Shown here piece by piece: positions 38,846-50,477 of a stretch of DNA of 64,000 nucleotides. The stretch comes from Acidimicrobiia bacterium (GTDB lineage Bacteria; Actinomycetota; Acidimicrobiia; Spongiisociales; UBA5794). Positions within the stretch are counted from its first letter, which is position 1. Every line of letters starts with the position of its first letter. The translations under genes were made by a program, and so were the position numbers. The notes below the pieces were generated by a model. It saw only the letters and a list, made by a program, of their open reading frames with translations, ran no database searches and had not been told where the DNA came from. The stretch is from contig JAWKJB010000003.1 of NCBI GenBank assembly GCA_041393965.1, forward strand, positions 261,676 to 325,675. The letters run 5' to 3'.

Positions 38846-39208
38846 TCAGGGAGCGGTGGTCCCCTCACGGTTGTAGTCGTCTGCGAGGCGGACCACATCG
38901 TCGAGGTGTGGAGTGGAGACCTCGATGAGGTCGACCGGCCCCGATTCGGGAGCTTCGAAGCGGTGGACCTGCCTCGGGGGGATATCGGCGGATTCCCCCT
39001 CGCGTAGTTGCACGACCCGAGCGTCGTCACCCTCGCCGAGGTTGAGGAGAAGCGTGCCGGACACAACCAGGATCGATTCCTCCTTGGTCTCGTGGAATTG
39101 GAGACTGAGCCGCTTCCCTGCATCGATGTGGATGATCTTGCCTGCGTAGTGGTCGGTCAGGGTCCAGAGGAGCTCATGGCCCCACGGCTTGTCCGTGCGT
39201 GGATGCAT
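38846..39208 (-). CDS. Cupin (mannose-6-phosphate isomerase type II C-terminal-like)
   Basis: KPWGHE, LSLQFHE-K-E, HRF, IEVST-DDVVRL-D-Y-R. Confidence 0.88.
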   Translation of the reverse strand: MHPRTDKPWGHELLWTLTDHYAGKIIHIDAGKRLSLQFHETKEESILVVSGTLLLNLGEGDDARVVQLREGESADIPPRQVHRFEAPESGPVDLIEVSTPHLDDVVRLADDYNREGTTAP

Positions 39209-39317
39209 AGGCCGAGCCTACCCGGCCGGGTCGCAACACCGCCGCCCGTGTCCAAGGGGTCGGGAACGAGACTCGCTGCCACTACCGTATCGGATCATCG
39301 ACCACATGGGGCGCAGC

Positions 39318-40565
39318 ATGGATTTCGACATCGCGAACATCGATCTTGCCGATCGGGGTGATCTTCGAATCGAATGGGCTGCTCGCCGCATGCCGGTGCT
39401 TGCGGCCATCAGGGACCGGTTCGAACGCGACCAACCGCTCGCCGGCTACCGGATCGGCGCGTGCATGCATGTCACGACCGAAACCGCAAACCTGCTTCAT
39501 ACCCTGGTTGCGGGGGGCGCCGAGGTGGCGCTGTGTGCATCGAATCCCCTCTCGACCCAGGACGATGTCGCCGCTGCACTTGTCCGAAGCGGCATCGCCA
39601 CCTTTGCCGTGCGCGGCGAGACCGCCGACGACTTCTATCGCCACATCAACGCAGTGCTCGACACGAATCCGCACCTCGTGTTCGACGATGGCGCCGACAT
39701 GACAACGGTCCTTCACAAGGAGCGCGCCGACCAGCAGGTGCTTGGCGGCATGGAGGAGACGACCACGGGCGTCATCCGGCTCAGGGCGATGGCCGAAGAC
39801 GGTGTGCTGCGATACCCGGTTGTTGCCGTCAACGATTCCGAGACGAAGCACCTGTTCGACAACCGGCACGGCACCGGCCAGTCCTCGCTCGATGGCGTCC
39901 TTCGCGCATCCAACATCCTTTTCGCCGGGCGGCGGGTGGTGGTTGCCGGCTACGGGGATTGTGGCTGGGGCATCGCGACGAGGGCGAAGGGTCTTGGTGC
40001 CGATGTGATCGTGACGGAGGTGAATCCCGTTCGTGCGGTTGCTGCTGCGATGGAAGGGCATCGCGTGATGTCAGGCACCAAGGCGGCGGCCGTCGGCGAT
40101 GTGTTCATCACCGCGACGGGCAACATCCATGTGTTTGGTGCCGGGCACTTCGCGTTGATGCGCGACGGGGCGATTCTCGCCAACGCAGGGCATTTCGATG
40201 TGGAGCTCGACCTCGTTGCGCTCGACGAGATGGCCGTATCTCGGCGGGTGGTCCGCGACAACCTCGAGGAGTTCATGATGCCGGACGGCCGTCGGATCCT
40301 GGTCGTGGCGGAGGGGCGGCTGGTGAATCTCGGCGCCGCTGAAGGACATCCGGCCGATGTGATGGACATGTCGTTCGCGGATCAGGCGCTTGCTGCCGAG
40401 TGGCTCATCGAGTCCGGGTCGGAGCTGGGCCCCGGTGTACACCGCCTACCCGAGGAACTCGACCGGGAGGTTGCCCGGCTCAAGCTGCTCGCACTCGGTG
40501 GCTCCCTCGAGGAGCTCACCCCCGAGCAGGCGAGCTATCTCGAGTCATGGCAACACGGAACCTGA
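39318..40565 (+). CDS. ahcY: Adenosylhomocysteinase
   Basis: MPVL, SNPLSTQD, EETTTG, K-FDNRHGTGQS, GYG-CG-G, EGRLVNL-EGHP. Confidence 0.97.
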   Translation: MDFDIANIDLADRGDLRIEWAARRMPVLAAIRDRFERDQPLAGYRIGACMHVTTETANLLHTLVAGGAEVALCASNPLSTQDDVAAALVRSGIATFAVRGETADDFYRHINAVLDTNPHLVFDDGADMTTVLHKERADQQVLGGMEETTTGVIRLRAMAEDGVLRYPVVAVNDSETKHLFDNRHGTGQSSLDGVLRASNILFAGRRVVVAGYGDCGWGIATRAKGLGADVIVTEVNPVRAVAAAMEGHRVMSGTKAAAVGDVFITATGNIHVFGAGHFALMRDGAILANAGHFDVELDLVALDEMAVSRRVVRDNLEEFMMPDGRRILVVAEGRLVNLGAAEGHPADVMDMSFADQALAAEWLIESGSELGPGVHRLPEELDREVARLKLLALGGSLEELTPEQASYLESWQHGT

Positions 40566-40607
40566 TACCACGGCGTTGTGTCACATCCTCGAGATACCGT
40601 CTGAGAG

Positions 40608-41213
40608 GTGTTCTGTCTCGCGTGTTCGATGGTTGGCTGGCCACTGTGTGACGAGTGTGGTCGAACGCTGATCCGTGCGCCGGTTCGCACGGTCGGCTCG
40701 GAGTGTTCCGACGGCTCGGTGCGGGTCGAGGTCATCCCTGTGTACCGGCATTCGGGCGCCGCGGTACGCCTCGTTCACCAACTCAAGTACCGAGGTTCGG
40801 TCGGAGCGGGCCGGTTGCTCGCGCGATCCATGATCGAGCAGTTGCCTCCTGCCACCGGCGCGCTGGTTCCAATTCCGCGTGTGTTCGCGCGGCGCGTCGT
40901 TACCGGCATCGATCAAACTGCAATGCTTGCGTCGCTCATCGCCGAGCACTCCGGCATTCCCGTCGTGTCGGATCTGCGCGCCGGGGTGTGGTCGCCCCGT
41001 TCGGCGGGCCGCGACCGTCGTCGGCGAACTCCGGGACGCTTTCGGTGGACGGGGCGCGAACTCTCGAGCCCGCTGCTCGTGGACGATGTGTGCACGACCG
41101 GAACGACGCTGGTCGCCGCCGCCGTGGCAATGGGGCTTCAGCGAGCCGTGGGGCTCGTGGCGACCTCGGCAATCCCTCGATTGGCATCAGGAACCGAACC
41201 CGTCTTCGGTTGA
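40608..41213 (+). CDS. comF: ComF family phosphoribosyltransferase-like protein
   Basis: N-terminal CxxC-CxxC, LKYRG, LLVDDVCTTGTT. Confidence 0.88.
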   Translation: MFCLACSMVGWPLCDECGRTLIRAPVRTVGSECSDGSVRVEVIPVYRHSGAAVRLVHQLKYRGSVGAGRLLARSMIEQLPPATGALVPIPRVFARRVVTGIDQTAMLASLIAEHSGIPVVSDLRAGVWSPRSAGRDRRRRTPGRFRWTGRELSSPLLVDDVCTTGTTLVAAAVAMGLQRAVGLVATSAIPRLASGTEPVFG

Positions 41214-41238
41214 CCTTGACTGGAGCCTTCGGGCCGGA

Positions 41239-41859
41239 TTACTTGTCCTTCGGCTTCTTGACCTTCACCTTGGTCTTGAGGTCACCCTTTTTGGTCACCC
41301 AACCATCGATCAGGATTTGCTCACCGGTCTCTTCATCGGTGAACTCGAGCTTGATCTTGTTGTCCTTCTCGCTCACGGTCTCCATGTCCCATCCGGCATG
41401 ATCCGCTTTGACGAGGGTGACCTTGTCATCCACGAAGCCGAAGGTGACGAGAACCTTGCCCTTGACCCCGTCGGTCACCGTCGGATAGTCGGGGACAGTG
41501 GTCGTCGTGGTCGTCGTCGGAGGAATCGTCGTCGTGGTCGTCGTGGTGCCGAGGCCGCCGCCGCCTGTTCCGCCTCCGCCGCCACCGGCGGTGGTCGTGG
41601 TGGTCGATGTCGGAGCGATCGTCGTGGTCGGTGCGCCTTCACCGGTCGTGGTCGGTGTCGAGCCAGATCCACCGCCCTGGGATGAGTATGACGCTGCCAC
41701 GGTCTCGAAGTTGTCAGTTGCGGCGTTGCCAACGGCGCTGACCGACACGGATGCGACCATGGCGATGAGTCCAGCCATCAGAGCGTATTCGACGATGCCC
41801 GCCCCGCGTTCATCGCGGATCGCCGTGCGCGCGACTCGGGTGATGTGTCGTGGTTTCAT
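41239..41859 (-). CDS. Flp/Tad-type prepilin N-terminus fused to a Thr/Gly linker and a C-terminal globular domain
   Basis: RDERG|AGIVEYALM class III signal peptide with the E5/Y6 Flp motif, a hydrophobic helix, poly-T/G, then a domain of about 85 aa. Confidence 0.75.
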   Translation of the reverse strand: MKPRHITRVARTAIRDERGAGIVEYALMAGLIAMVASVSVSAVGNAATDNFETVAASYSSQGGGSGSTPTTTGEGAPTTTIAPTSTTTTTAGGGGGGTGGGGLGTTTTTTTIPPTTTTTTTVPDYPTVTDGVKGKVLVTFGFVDDKVTLVKADHAGWDMETVSEKDNKIKLEFTDEETGEQILIDGWVTKKGDLKTKVKVKKPKDK

Positions 41860-41882
41860 ACAGCAGATGTCGGCAAGTTCGA

Positions 41883-41936
41883 TGCACCGGCTCGATAGGG
41901 CGATCGCCCTATTGCGCGGACTAGTCAGTCGGTGCA
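41883..41936. promoter_or_regulatory. Nested inverted-repeat element upstream of the pilin gene
   Basis: Perfect 18-bp palindrome ATAGGGCGATCGCCCTAT (41895-41912) inside TGCACCG/CGGTGCA arms, with an internal GACTAGTC. Confidence 0.55.
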
Positions 41937-42088
41937 CAAGCCCATGATCATTGAGGTTATGGTGAGTTGAGGCGGTGCGCTGGGCCGTCACCAAATCGCC
42001 GATCGACCCGGGGACTCACCCTTGCCGGTACAATGAATCCGAGGATCGACGATCTCACCCGTGGAGGTGAAGTGACGGACCGACCCGA

Positions 42089-42105
42089 GATGGTCAATGA
42101 CCATC
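42089..42105. promoter_or_regulatory. Inverted repeat GATGGTCA-A-TGACCATC upstream of hpf
   Basis: Perfect 8-bp arms, lying between a TACAAT -10-like hexamer (42029-42034) and the hpf start. Confidence 0.5.
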
Positions 42106-42157
42106 GTTGTGGTGCGTCGCCGGTCGTTCGATCCACGATCCCCAACCCATGGAGGGA

Positions 42158-42709
42158 GTGCAGGTGACCGTTCGCGTCCACGGCAGGAACATGCAGGTTT
42201 CCGAAGAGATCCGATCGGTCGCAGAGGACCGTGTCAAACATGCTGGCCGCATCTTCGACGACGGCGGCTATGTCGATGTCGAGTTCACCGAGAAGCAGAA
42301 CCCACGCCAGGCAAACGGGCGATACAAGGTTGAGATCACCTCGACAGCCGCGGGCAACATTGTGCGCATCGAAGCCGAAGCCGCCGAGGAACGAGCCGCG
42401 CTCGACCTGGCAACGGATCGTTTCGAGCGTCAGCTTCGCCGCCTCAAGGAGCGATTGATCCAGCGCAACCGCACGAGGAACAAAGATCTCAACCATGTCG
42501 AGGGGCCGTCCGATGTAGATCAGGACCGTGATCCCCAGATCGTCAGGACGAAGAGTTTCGAGATGAAGCCGATGACGCCAGTGGAAGCAACTCTGCAGAT
42601 GGAGATGCTCGGGCATGACTTCTTCTTCTTTCTGAACGGTGATTCCGGGAAACACTCGGTGGTGTACCACCGGCGCGACGGTCATGTAGGACTCATCGAA
42701 CCGGAGTGA
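42158..42709 (+). CDS. hpf: Ribosome hibernation promoting factor (long HPF)
   Basis: V-GRNMQVS, ALDLATDRFERQLRRLKER, C-terminal MTPVEA-QMEMLGHDFFFF-Y-RRDG. Confidence 0.95.
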   Translation: MQVTVRVHGRNMQVSEEIRSVAEDRVKHAGRIFDDGGYVDVEFTEKQNPRQANGRYKVEITSTAAGNIVRIEAEAAEERAALDLATDRFERQLRRLKERLIQRNRTRNKDLNHVEGPSDVDQDRDPQIVRTKSFEMKPMTPVEATLQMEMLGHDFFFFLNGDSGKHSVVYHRRDGHVGLIEPE

Positions 42710-42721
42710 GCCGGAGCCGCA

Positions 42722-43369
42722 ATGAAGAGACTGCTCGTCGTCGACGATGTTCCACTGTTCCGCGCGGGGCTGACTTCAGCGCTTCGTGGTGCCGGATACG
42801 ATGTCGTCGGGGAGGCCGCTGACGGCGAGTCGGCGGTTGCGATCGCCGAGACGGAACAGCCCGACATCGTTCTCCTCGATGTCCTGATGCCGGGTATTTC
42901 CGGTATCGATGCGATCGACAAGATCCACGCCGTTGCGCCCGAGGCGGCACTCGTCGTGCTCACCGGATCCGAATCCGACGAGGATCTGATCACCGCGATC
43001 AAGCTCGGTGCGCGGGGGTACATCGTCAAGAACATGCCGTTCGAACAGCTCATTGTGTCGATCGACAGCGTGGCCGCGGGTGGCGCGGCCCTGTCGCCGG
43101 TGATGGCAGGGAAGCTGTTCGACATCACGAGGCAGCTCGTCCTGCACCAAGACCTCGTCGGTGCAAGGAAGCCGACGCTCACGGCTCGTGAGATCGAGGT
43201 GCTCGAGATGGTGGCCGATGGCAAGACGAGTCGCCAGATCGGGGACTTGCTGTTCATCTCCGAGAACACGGTCAAGAACCACATCCGCAACATCCTCGAC
43301 AAGCTCGGTCTCCATTCGCGCAACGAAGCGGTCCTGTACGCGGTTCGGGAGAACCTGATCGAGCTGTAG
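42722..43369 (+). CDS. Orphan NarL/LuxR response regulator
   Basis: VVDD, LLDVLMPG, GARGYIVK, LTAREIEVL-TVKNHIRNILDKL. No adjacent kinase. Confidence 0.93.
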   Translation: MKRLLVVDDVPLFRAGLTSALRGAGYDVVGEAADGESAVAIAETEQPDIVLLDVLMPGISGIDAIDKIHAVAPEAALVVLTGSESDEDLITAIKLGARGYIVKNMPFEQLIVSIDSVAAGGAALSPVMAGKLFDITRQLVLHQDLVGARKPTLTAREIEVLEMVADGKTSRQIGDLLFISENTVKNHIRNILDKLGLHSRNEAVLYAVRENLIEL

Positions 43370-43444
43370 CGGCACCGAACGCCCGGTATCGGGGGGATGC
43401 AGCGGGGTTCAACCAAAGGGCTCGGACCCGTACACTTGTCAACG

Positions 43445-46105
<2,661 letters not shown>

Positions 46106-46171
46106 AGTCGCGCCGAGCAATCGGAGGACCGCATCGGAACCCGGCAGCGCATCAGGTCGGTCGCGAACGGA

Positions 46172-48175
46172 GTGACGCTCGCGGCGGCGGTTCGGCGTTC
46201 CGTCCAATGGGCGAACCCCGTCACCGGTTCACCCGCGGCGTCGATCGAGACGGTCGCGTTCCTCGAGTCGTTCGGCCCGTCGTTGATGCCTCACACCTCG
46301 ACGCAGCAGGGTGTGGTTGCAGGGCTGTCGGTGCTCGCGGCCCGTGGCACGATGGCGGTGGTCGTGACCCTCACTTCAGCCATCGTGAACGAGGACGATC
46401 CGCTCACGCACCAACTCGGGATGCGTGGGCTCCTCGGTCTCGTTGGCGGGTCCTTCGCTGGCCTCCCTGTTCGGGAAGGCGAATCCCTCAAGAGGGCCGG
46501 TGCCCGGACGGCGGGCCGCCTGCTTCGAACCGGTGCGATGGGCGGGGCGCTCTATGACATCGGACGGTGGGTTCAGCGGCGGTATCCGGCCGCGACGGTG
46601 ACCCGCCCGTTGCTTGTGTCTGCCGCGGCAACAACCGGTGTGCTCGTCTGGGCGAAGAATCGGCTCGACGAACGCGAACGCGACATCGAACGCTGGCCGA
46701 TTCCCCAAGCGAATGAGTTCCTTCCCGGGGTGGCAGTTGGGTACGCGGTGACCGGGATCGGAACCCTTGGAGCAAAGGGATTCCTGTGGTCACGGGCAGG
46801 ATGGATGTCGTTTATGGGTGACTCGTTCCTGCGGCGCCGTCTCGCCGGGGTTGCCAACGCAGCGATGTGGGCTGCGGGCCTTGCCTTTCTCTACAACTCG
46901 GGAGTCGGCTACATCGGGCGAGCCAATGAGAAGATCGAACCCGGCTACGCCCAGATCCCCCCATCGCCGTTCGTGTCCGGCAGCAGCGCAAGCCTCTCCC
47001 CGTTCATCGACCTCGGCCAGCAGGGCCGCCGGTTCGTCACCGATGTCCTCACGCCCGACTTCATCAACGCGACGATGGGCGAGACCGGTGCGATCCATCC
47101 GATCCGGGTGTTCATCGGATACAACTCCGAGCCGCTGTACCCGACCGGTCGGGCGGAGATGGCCCTTGACGAGATGGAACGCGCAGGGGCGTTCGAACGC
47201 GAGTACCTCTTGCTCGTGTCACCGACCGGTACGGGTTGGGTCGACCAAACGATGATCGAGTCGGCGGAGCTGTTCACCCGCGGGGACATCGCATCGGTGT
47301 GCATCCAGTATGGGAAGTTCCCGTCGTTCCTTTCGGTGCAGAAGGTCGCGCTCGGCAGGTCCCAGTTCAGGCTGCTGTTGTGGGGCGTCAAGCAACGACT
47401 CGAGGGGATCCCCGAGCGTGATCGACCCAAGGTTCTCGTCTTCGGCGAGAGCCTCGGCGCGTGGACTTCCAGCGATGTGGTCATGTTCAATGGCATCGAC
47501 GGCTTCGACCACTACGGCATCGACAAGGCGCTGTGGGTAGGGCTCCCCTGGCTCGCGAAGTGGTCAAGAAGCGGTATGACCCGCGGTGCGAGCGACCTTG
47601 TTCCCGTCGGCACCGTCGGAGTATTCGACCACCCGGACGAATACGAGGCGATCGGCGCCGAGGCACGCAAGGCACTGCGGGCCGTTGTGCTGTCTCATGA
47701 CAACGACCCCATCGCCGTGATGGGTCCGGATCTCGCCATCCAGGAGCCCGAATGGCTCCGAGGCGAACGGGGGAGAGGCGTACCTCCCTCAATGCGGTGG
47801 TCCCCGATCGTGACCTTCATCTCGGTCCTGCTCGATGCGGCGAATGCCATGGTCACGGTGCCGGGACACTTCGGGTCGTTCGGCCACGACTACCGGGCAG
47901 ACATGGCACGGTTCGTTCTCGGGGGACTCGACCTCCCGCACGCGACCGAGTCGCAGGTCGTACGGGTGGAATCGGCGTTGGTCGCCCTCGAGATGGAGCG
48001 GTCCGAGCGCATCAACGCGGAGAGCATCGATGCCGCACCACCGCCACCGTCACAGATCTCCCACGGAAACCGTGTGATCAGCGGTGTCCCCCTTCGGGGC
48101 AAGCGCGCCCCTCGGTCCGGGGTGATTCGCGACCTGCTGAAGCGAACGGGCGTCCCTGTGGGAGATGTGCAGTAA
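46172..48175 (+). CDS. Membrane alpha/beta-hydrolase (Abhydrolase_9-like)
   Basis: LGQQGRRFV, PTGTGWVD, QY-PS-LS, GESLG, HDNDPI, GHDY. Confidence 0.8.
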   Translation: MTLAAAVRRSVQWANPVTGSPAASIETVAFLESFGPSLMPHTSTQQGVVAGLSVLAARGTMAVVVTLTSAIVNEDDPLTHQLGMRGLLGLVGGSFAGLPVREGESLKRAGARTAGRLLRTGAMGGALYDIGRWVQRRYPAATVTRPLLVSAAATTGVLVWAKNRLDERERDIERWPIPQANEFLPGVAVGYAVTGIGTLGAKGFLWSRAGWMSFMGDSFLRRRLAGVANAAMWAAGLAFLYNSGVGYIGRANEKIEPGYAQIPPSPFVSGSSASLSPFIDLGQQGRRFVTDVLTPDFINATMGETGAIHPIRVFIGYNSEPLYPTGRAEMALDEMERAGAFEREYLLLVSPTGTGWVDQTMIESAELFTRGDIASVCIQYGKFPSFLSVQKVALGRSQFRLLLWGVKQRLEGIPERDRPKVLVFGESLGAWTSSDVVMFNGIDGFDHYGIDKALWVGLPWLAKWSRSGMTRGASDLVPVGTVGVFDHPDEYEAIGAEARKALRAVVLSHDNDPIAVMGPDLAIQEPEWLRGERGRGVPPSMRWSPIVTFISVLLDAANAMVTVPGHFGSFGHDYRADMARFVLGGLDLPHATESQVVRVESALVALEMERSERINAESIDAAPPPPSQISHGNRVISGVPLRGKRAPRSGVIRDLLKRTGVPVGDVQ

Positions 48176-48247
48176 GGAGATGCACCGGAGGGTGATGGAC
48201 GGGAGCGCTTCCCGTTTTTCGATCCTCCGCTCCCTACTCTGATCGAC

Positions 48248-49360
48248 ATGGAACCCGTCGAGCTTCGCGCAATCGTCGCTGATCTCTCGGAGCGCCTTGC
48301 CGATGCTCGATCGTTTCTCGATGTCGACGGCAAGGAAGCCGAGTTGGGCGAGTTGCGTCGGCTGGCGTCGGCACCGGACCTGTGGAACGACAAGGACCGA
48401 GCCCGCGAGGTGACCCGAAAGCTCGCACGATTCGAACGAATCATCGGCCATGTCACCGATCTGGATCGCTCGGTCGAAGATCTCAGCGTCCTCCTCGAAC
48501 TCGCAGTCGACGAGGAGGACGCCGGAGCTCTCGCTGAGGTCGAACAGGAACTCGACGGCCTCGGCAAGGAGGTCGCGACCCTTGAGCGTGAATCGCTGTT
48601 CTTTGGCGAGTACGACGATCGTCCCGCCATCGTGTCGATCTCCGCCGGTGCCGGTGGCGTCGATGCCCAGGACTGGGCCGACATGCTCGTTCGGATGTAT
48701 CACCGGTACCTCGAACGATCGTCGTTCAGCTTCGTGGTCGATGAATACCAGGAAGGGGAGGAGGCAGGGATCAAGTCGGTCACCCTCACGATCACCGGCG
48801 ACAACGCATATGGCACCTTCGAATCCGAACGAGGGACGCACCGGCTCGTGCGGATCAGCCCGTTCGACTCCCAGGCACGGCGCCACACGGCGTTCGCCGG
48901 TGTCGATGTGATCCCGGAAGTCGAAGTCGAGGACCTCGAAATCGATCCGGAGGATCTCCGTATCGACACCTACCGGGCTTCTGGCGCTGGTGGCCAGCAT
49001 GTCAACAAGACGGATTCGGCGGTTCGGATCACCCATCTTCCAACGGGTGTGGTGGTGTCGTGCCAGGCCGAACGGTCCCAGATGCAGAACAAGGCGAGAG
49101 CGATGCAGCTTCTCGCTGCGAGGCTTGCGGAGCGGGCGCGTGAGGAGCAAGCCGAGACAGTCGCTTCGATCCGCGGGGAGCAGCACGAAGCGGGATGGGG
49201 GAGACAGATCCGCTCCTATGTGCTCCAGCCCTACCAGATGGTGAAGGACCTCAGAACGAACTTCGAAGTGGGCGATGTCCAAGGGGTGCTCGACGGTGAC
49301 ATCGATGGACTGATCGATTCCTATCTCCAATGGCGTCGGGCCGAACAGTACGAGGCGTAG
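48248..49360 (+). CDS. prfB: Peptide chain release factor 2 (continuous ORF)
   Basis: SPF recognition loop, GGQ, QIRSYV. No internal frameshift is needed. Confidence 0.97.
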   Translation: MEPVELRAIVADLSERLADARSFLDVDGKEAELGELRRLASAPDLWNDKDRAREVTRKLARFERIIGHVTDLDRSVEDLSVLLELAVDEEDAGALAEVEQELDGLGKEVATLERESLFFGEYDDRPAIVSISAGAGGVDAQDWADMLVRMYHRYLERSSFSFVVDEYQEGEEAGIKSVTLTITGDNAYGTFESERGTHRLVRISPFDSQARRHTAFAGVDVIPEVEVEDLEIDPEDLRIDTYRASGAGGQHVNKTDSAVRITHLPTGVVVSCQAERSQMQNKARAMQLLAARLAERAREEQAETVASIRGEQHEAGWGRQIRSYVLQPYQMVKDLRTNFEVGDVQGVLDGDIDGLIDSYLQWRRAEQYEA

Positions 49361-49385
49361 GAAGCGCCAGCACGGCTGGCGCTTC
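49361..49385 (+). terminator. Perfect 11-bp hairpin after the prfB stop
   Basis: GAAGCGCCAGC-ACG-GCTGGCGCTTC. Confidence 0.65.
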
Positions 49386-49392
49386 AGTTCAC

Positions 49393-49487
49393 TTCACAGT
49401 TCACAGTTGACTGTTCACTGTTGACGGTTCACTGTCGACTGTTGTCTGTTGTCTGTTGTCTGTTGTCTGTTGTCTGTTGACTGTTGA
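49393..49487. repeat. Heptamer tandem array 1 (13 units plus a partial, TTCACAG then TTGACTG/TTGTCTG)
   Basis: Exact 7-nt period. Five consecutive TTGTCTG units at 49442-49476. Confidence 0.92.
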
Positions 49488-49577
49488 TGCAATACCTCGC
49501 GTTGTTGGGATGCACCGCTACCCTCGCCGGTGGCTGCGGAATGGGCCACACGCGTACAGCCATCCCCGAGTTTCTTC

Positions 49578-50477
49578 ATGATCAAACTTGACAATGTCAC
49601 CAAGGTGTACCCCGGCGGCACCGTCGCGGTCAAAGACGCTTCATTCGAGGTGCTCAAGGGCGAGTTCGTCTTTCTCGTCGGAGCGTCCGGATCCGGGAAG
49701 TCCACCCTGATTCGACTGATCATGCGAGAGGAACGCCCGACCAACGGCGACCTCTGGGTCGCGGGAAAGCACGCGTCCGACCTTCCGAATTGGAAGGTGC
49801 CCCACCTGCGTCGCTCGATCGGAACGGTCTTTCAGGACTTCAAGCTCCTCCGGAACAAGACGGTGTACGAGAATGTGGCGTTCGCGATGGAGGTCACCGG
49901 CAAGCATCGTTCGGTGATCCGCAACCAGGTCCCCCAGGTACTCAAGTTGGTCGGCCTCTCGTCGAAGACGGATCGCCTACCCCGACAGCTCTCCGGCGGT
50001 GAGCAGCAGCGAGTCGCCATCGCTCGCGCGTTCGTCAACCGGCCACTGATTCTGCTCGCCGACGAGCCGACAGGGAACCTCGACCCCGCAACATCTGTTG
50101 GCATCATGCGGATCCTTGATCGCATCAACCGAACCGGCACGACGGTCGTGATGGCGACGCACGACCACGCCATCGTCGATGCGATGCGCCGGCGTGTGAT
50201 CGAGATCGATCGGGGAAGGATCAGCAGAGACGAGTCACGAGGCATCTACGAGACCGCCGTCCAGTCGACGGTGCCGATGACCACGGAAGTCGAGGCCGAG
50301 ATACCTGTCGATATGTCTGGGCCCGTCGATGAGGATCCGGTTGTCTTCACGATGGACGACGAGATGCCGCTCGGTGGGCCCGCCGACGATGGGCTTCCCG
50401 AGGGGGAGATCGTTGCCGCCGTGGAACCCGACTCCGCCGAAAGCGTCTCCGACGACGATGCGAGGGACTCTGCGTGA
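49578..50477 (+). CDS. ftsE: Cell division ATP-binding protein FtsE with acidic C-terminal extension
   Basis: [38 protein letters not shown]. Upstream of ftsX. Confidence 0.96.
   Translation: MIKLDNVTKVYPGGTVAVKDASFEVLKGEFVFLVGASGSGKSTLIRLIMREERPTNGDLWVAGKHASDLPNWKVPHLRRSIGTVFQDFKLLRNKTVYENVAFAMEVTGKHRSVIRNQVPQVLKLVGLSSKTDRLPRQLSGGEQQRVAIARAFVNRPLILLADEPTGNLDPATSVGIMRILDRINRTGTTVVMATHDHAIVDAMRRRVIEIDRGRISRDESRGIYETAVQSTVPMTTEVEAEIPVDMSGPVDEDPVVFTMDDEMPLGGPADDGLPEGEIVAAVEPDSAESVSDDDARDSA

Noticed and set aside
39209-39260. SAH-riboswitch-like words (TGTTGCGAC...AGGCTCGG) near ahcY
   Set aside because: They are on the strand opposite ahcY, the P1 partner and P4 pseudoknot segment are missing, and TAGGCT is better explained as the cupin -10. 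An Rfam scan would settle it.
48248-48330. Programmed +1 frameshift in prfB
   Set aside because: The ORF is continuous with no CTT-TGA site, which is normal for actinobacteria.
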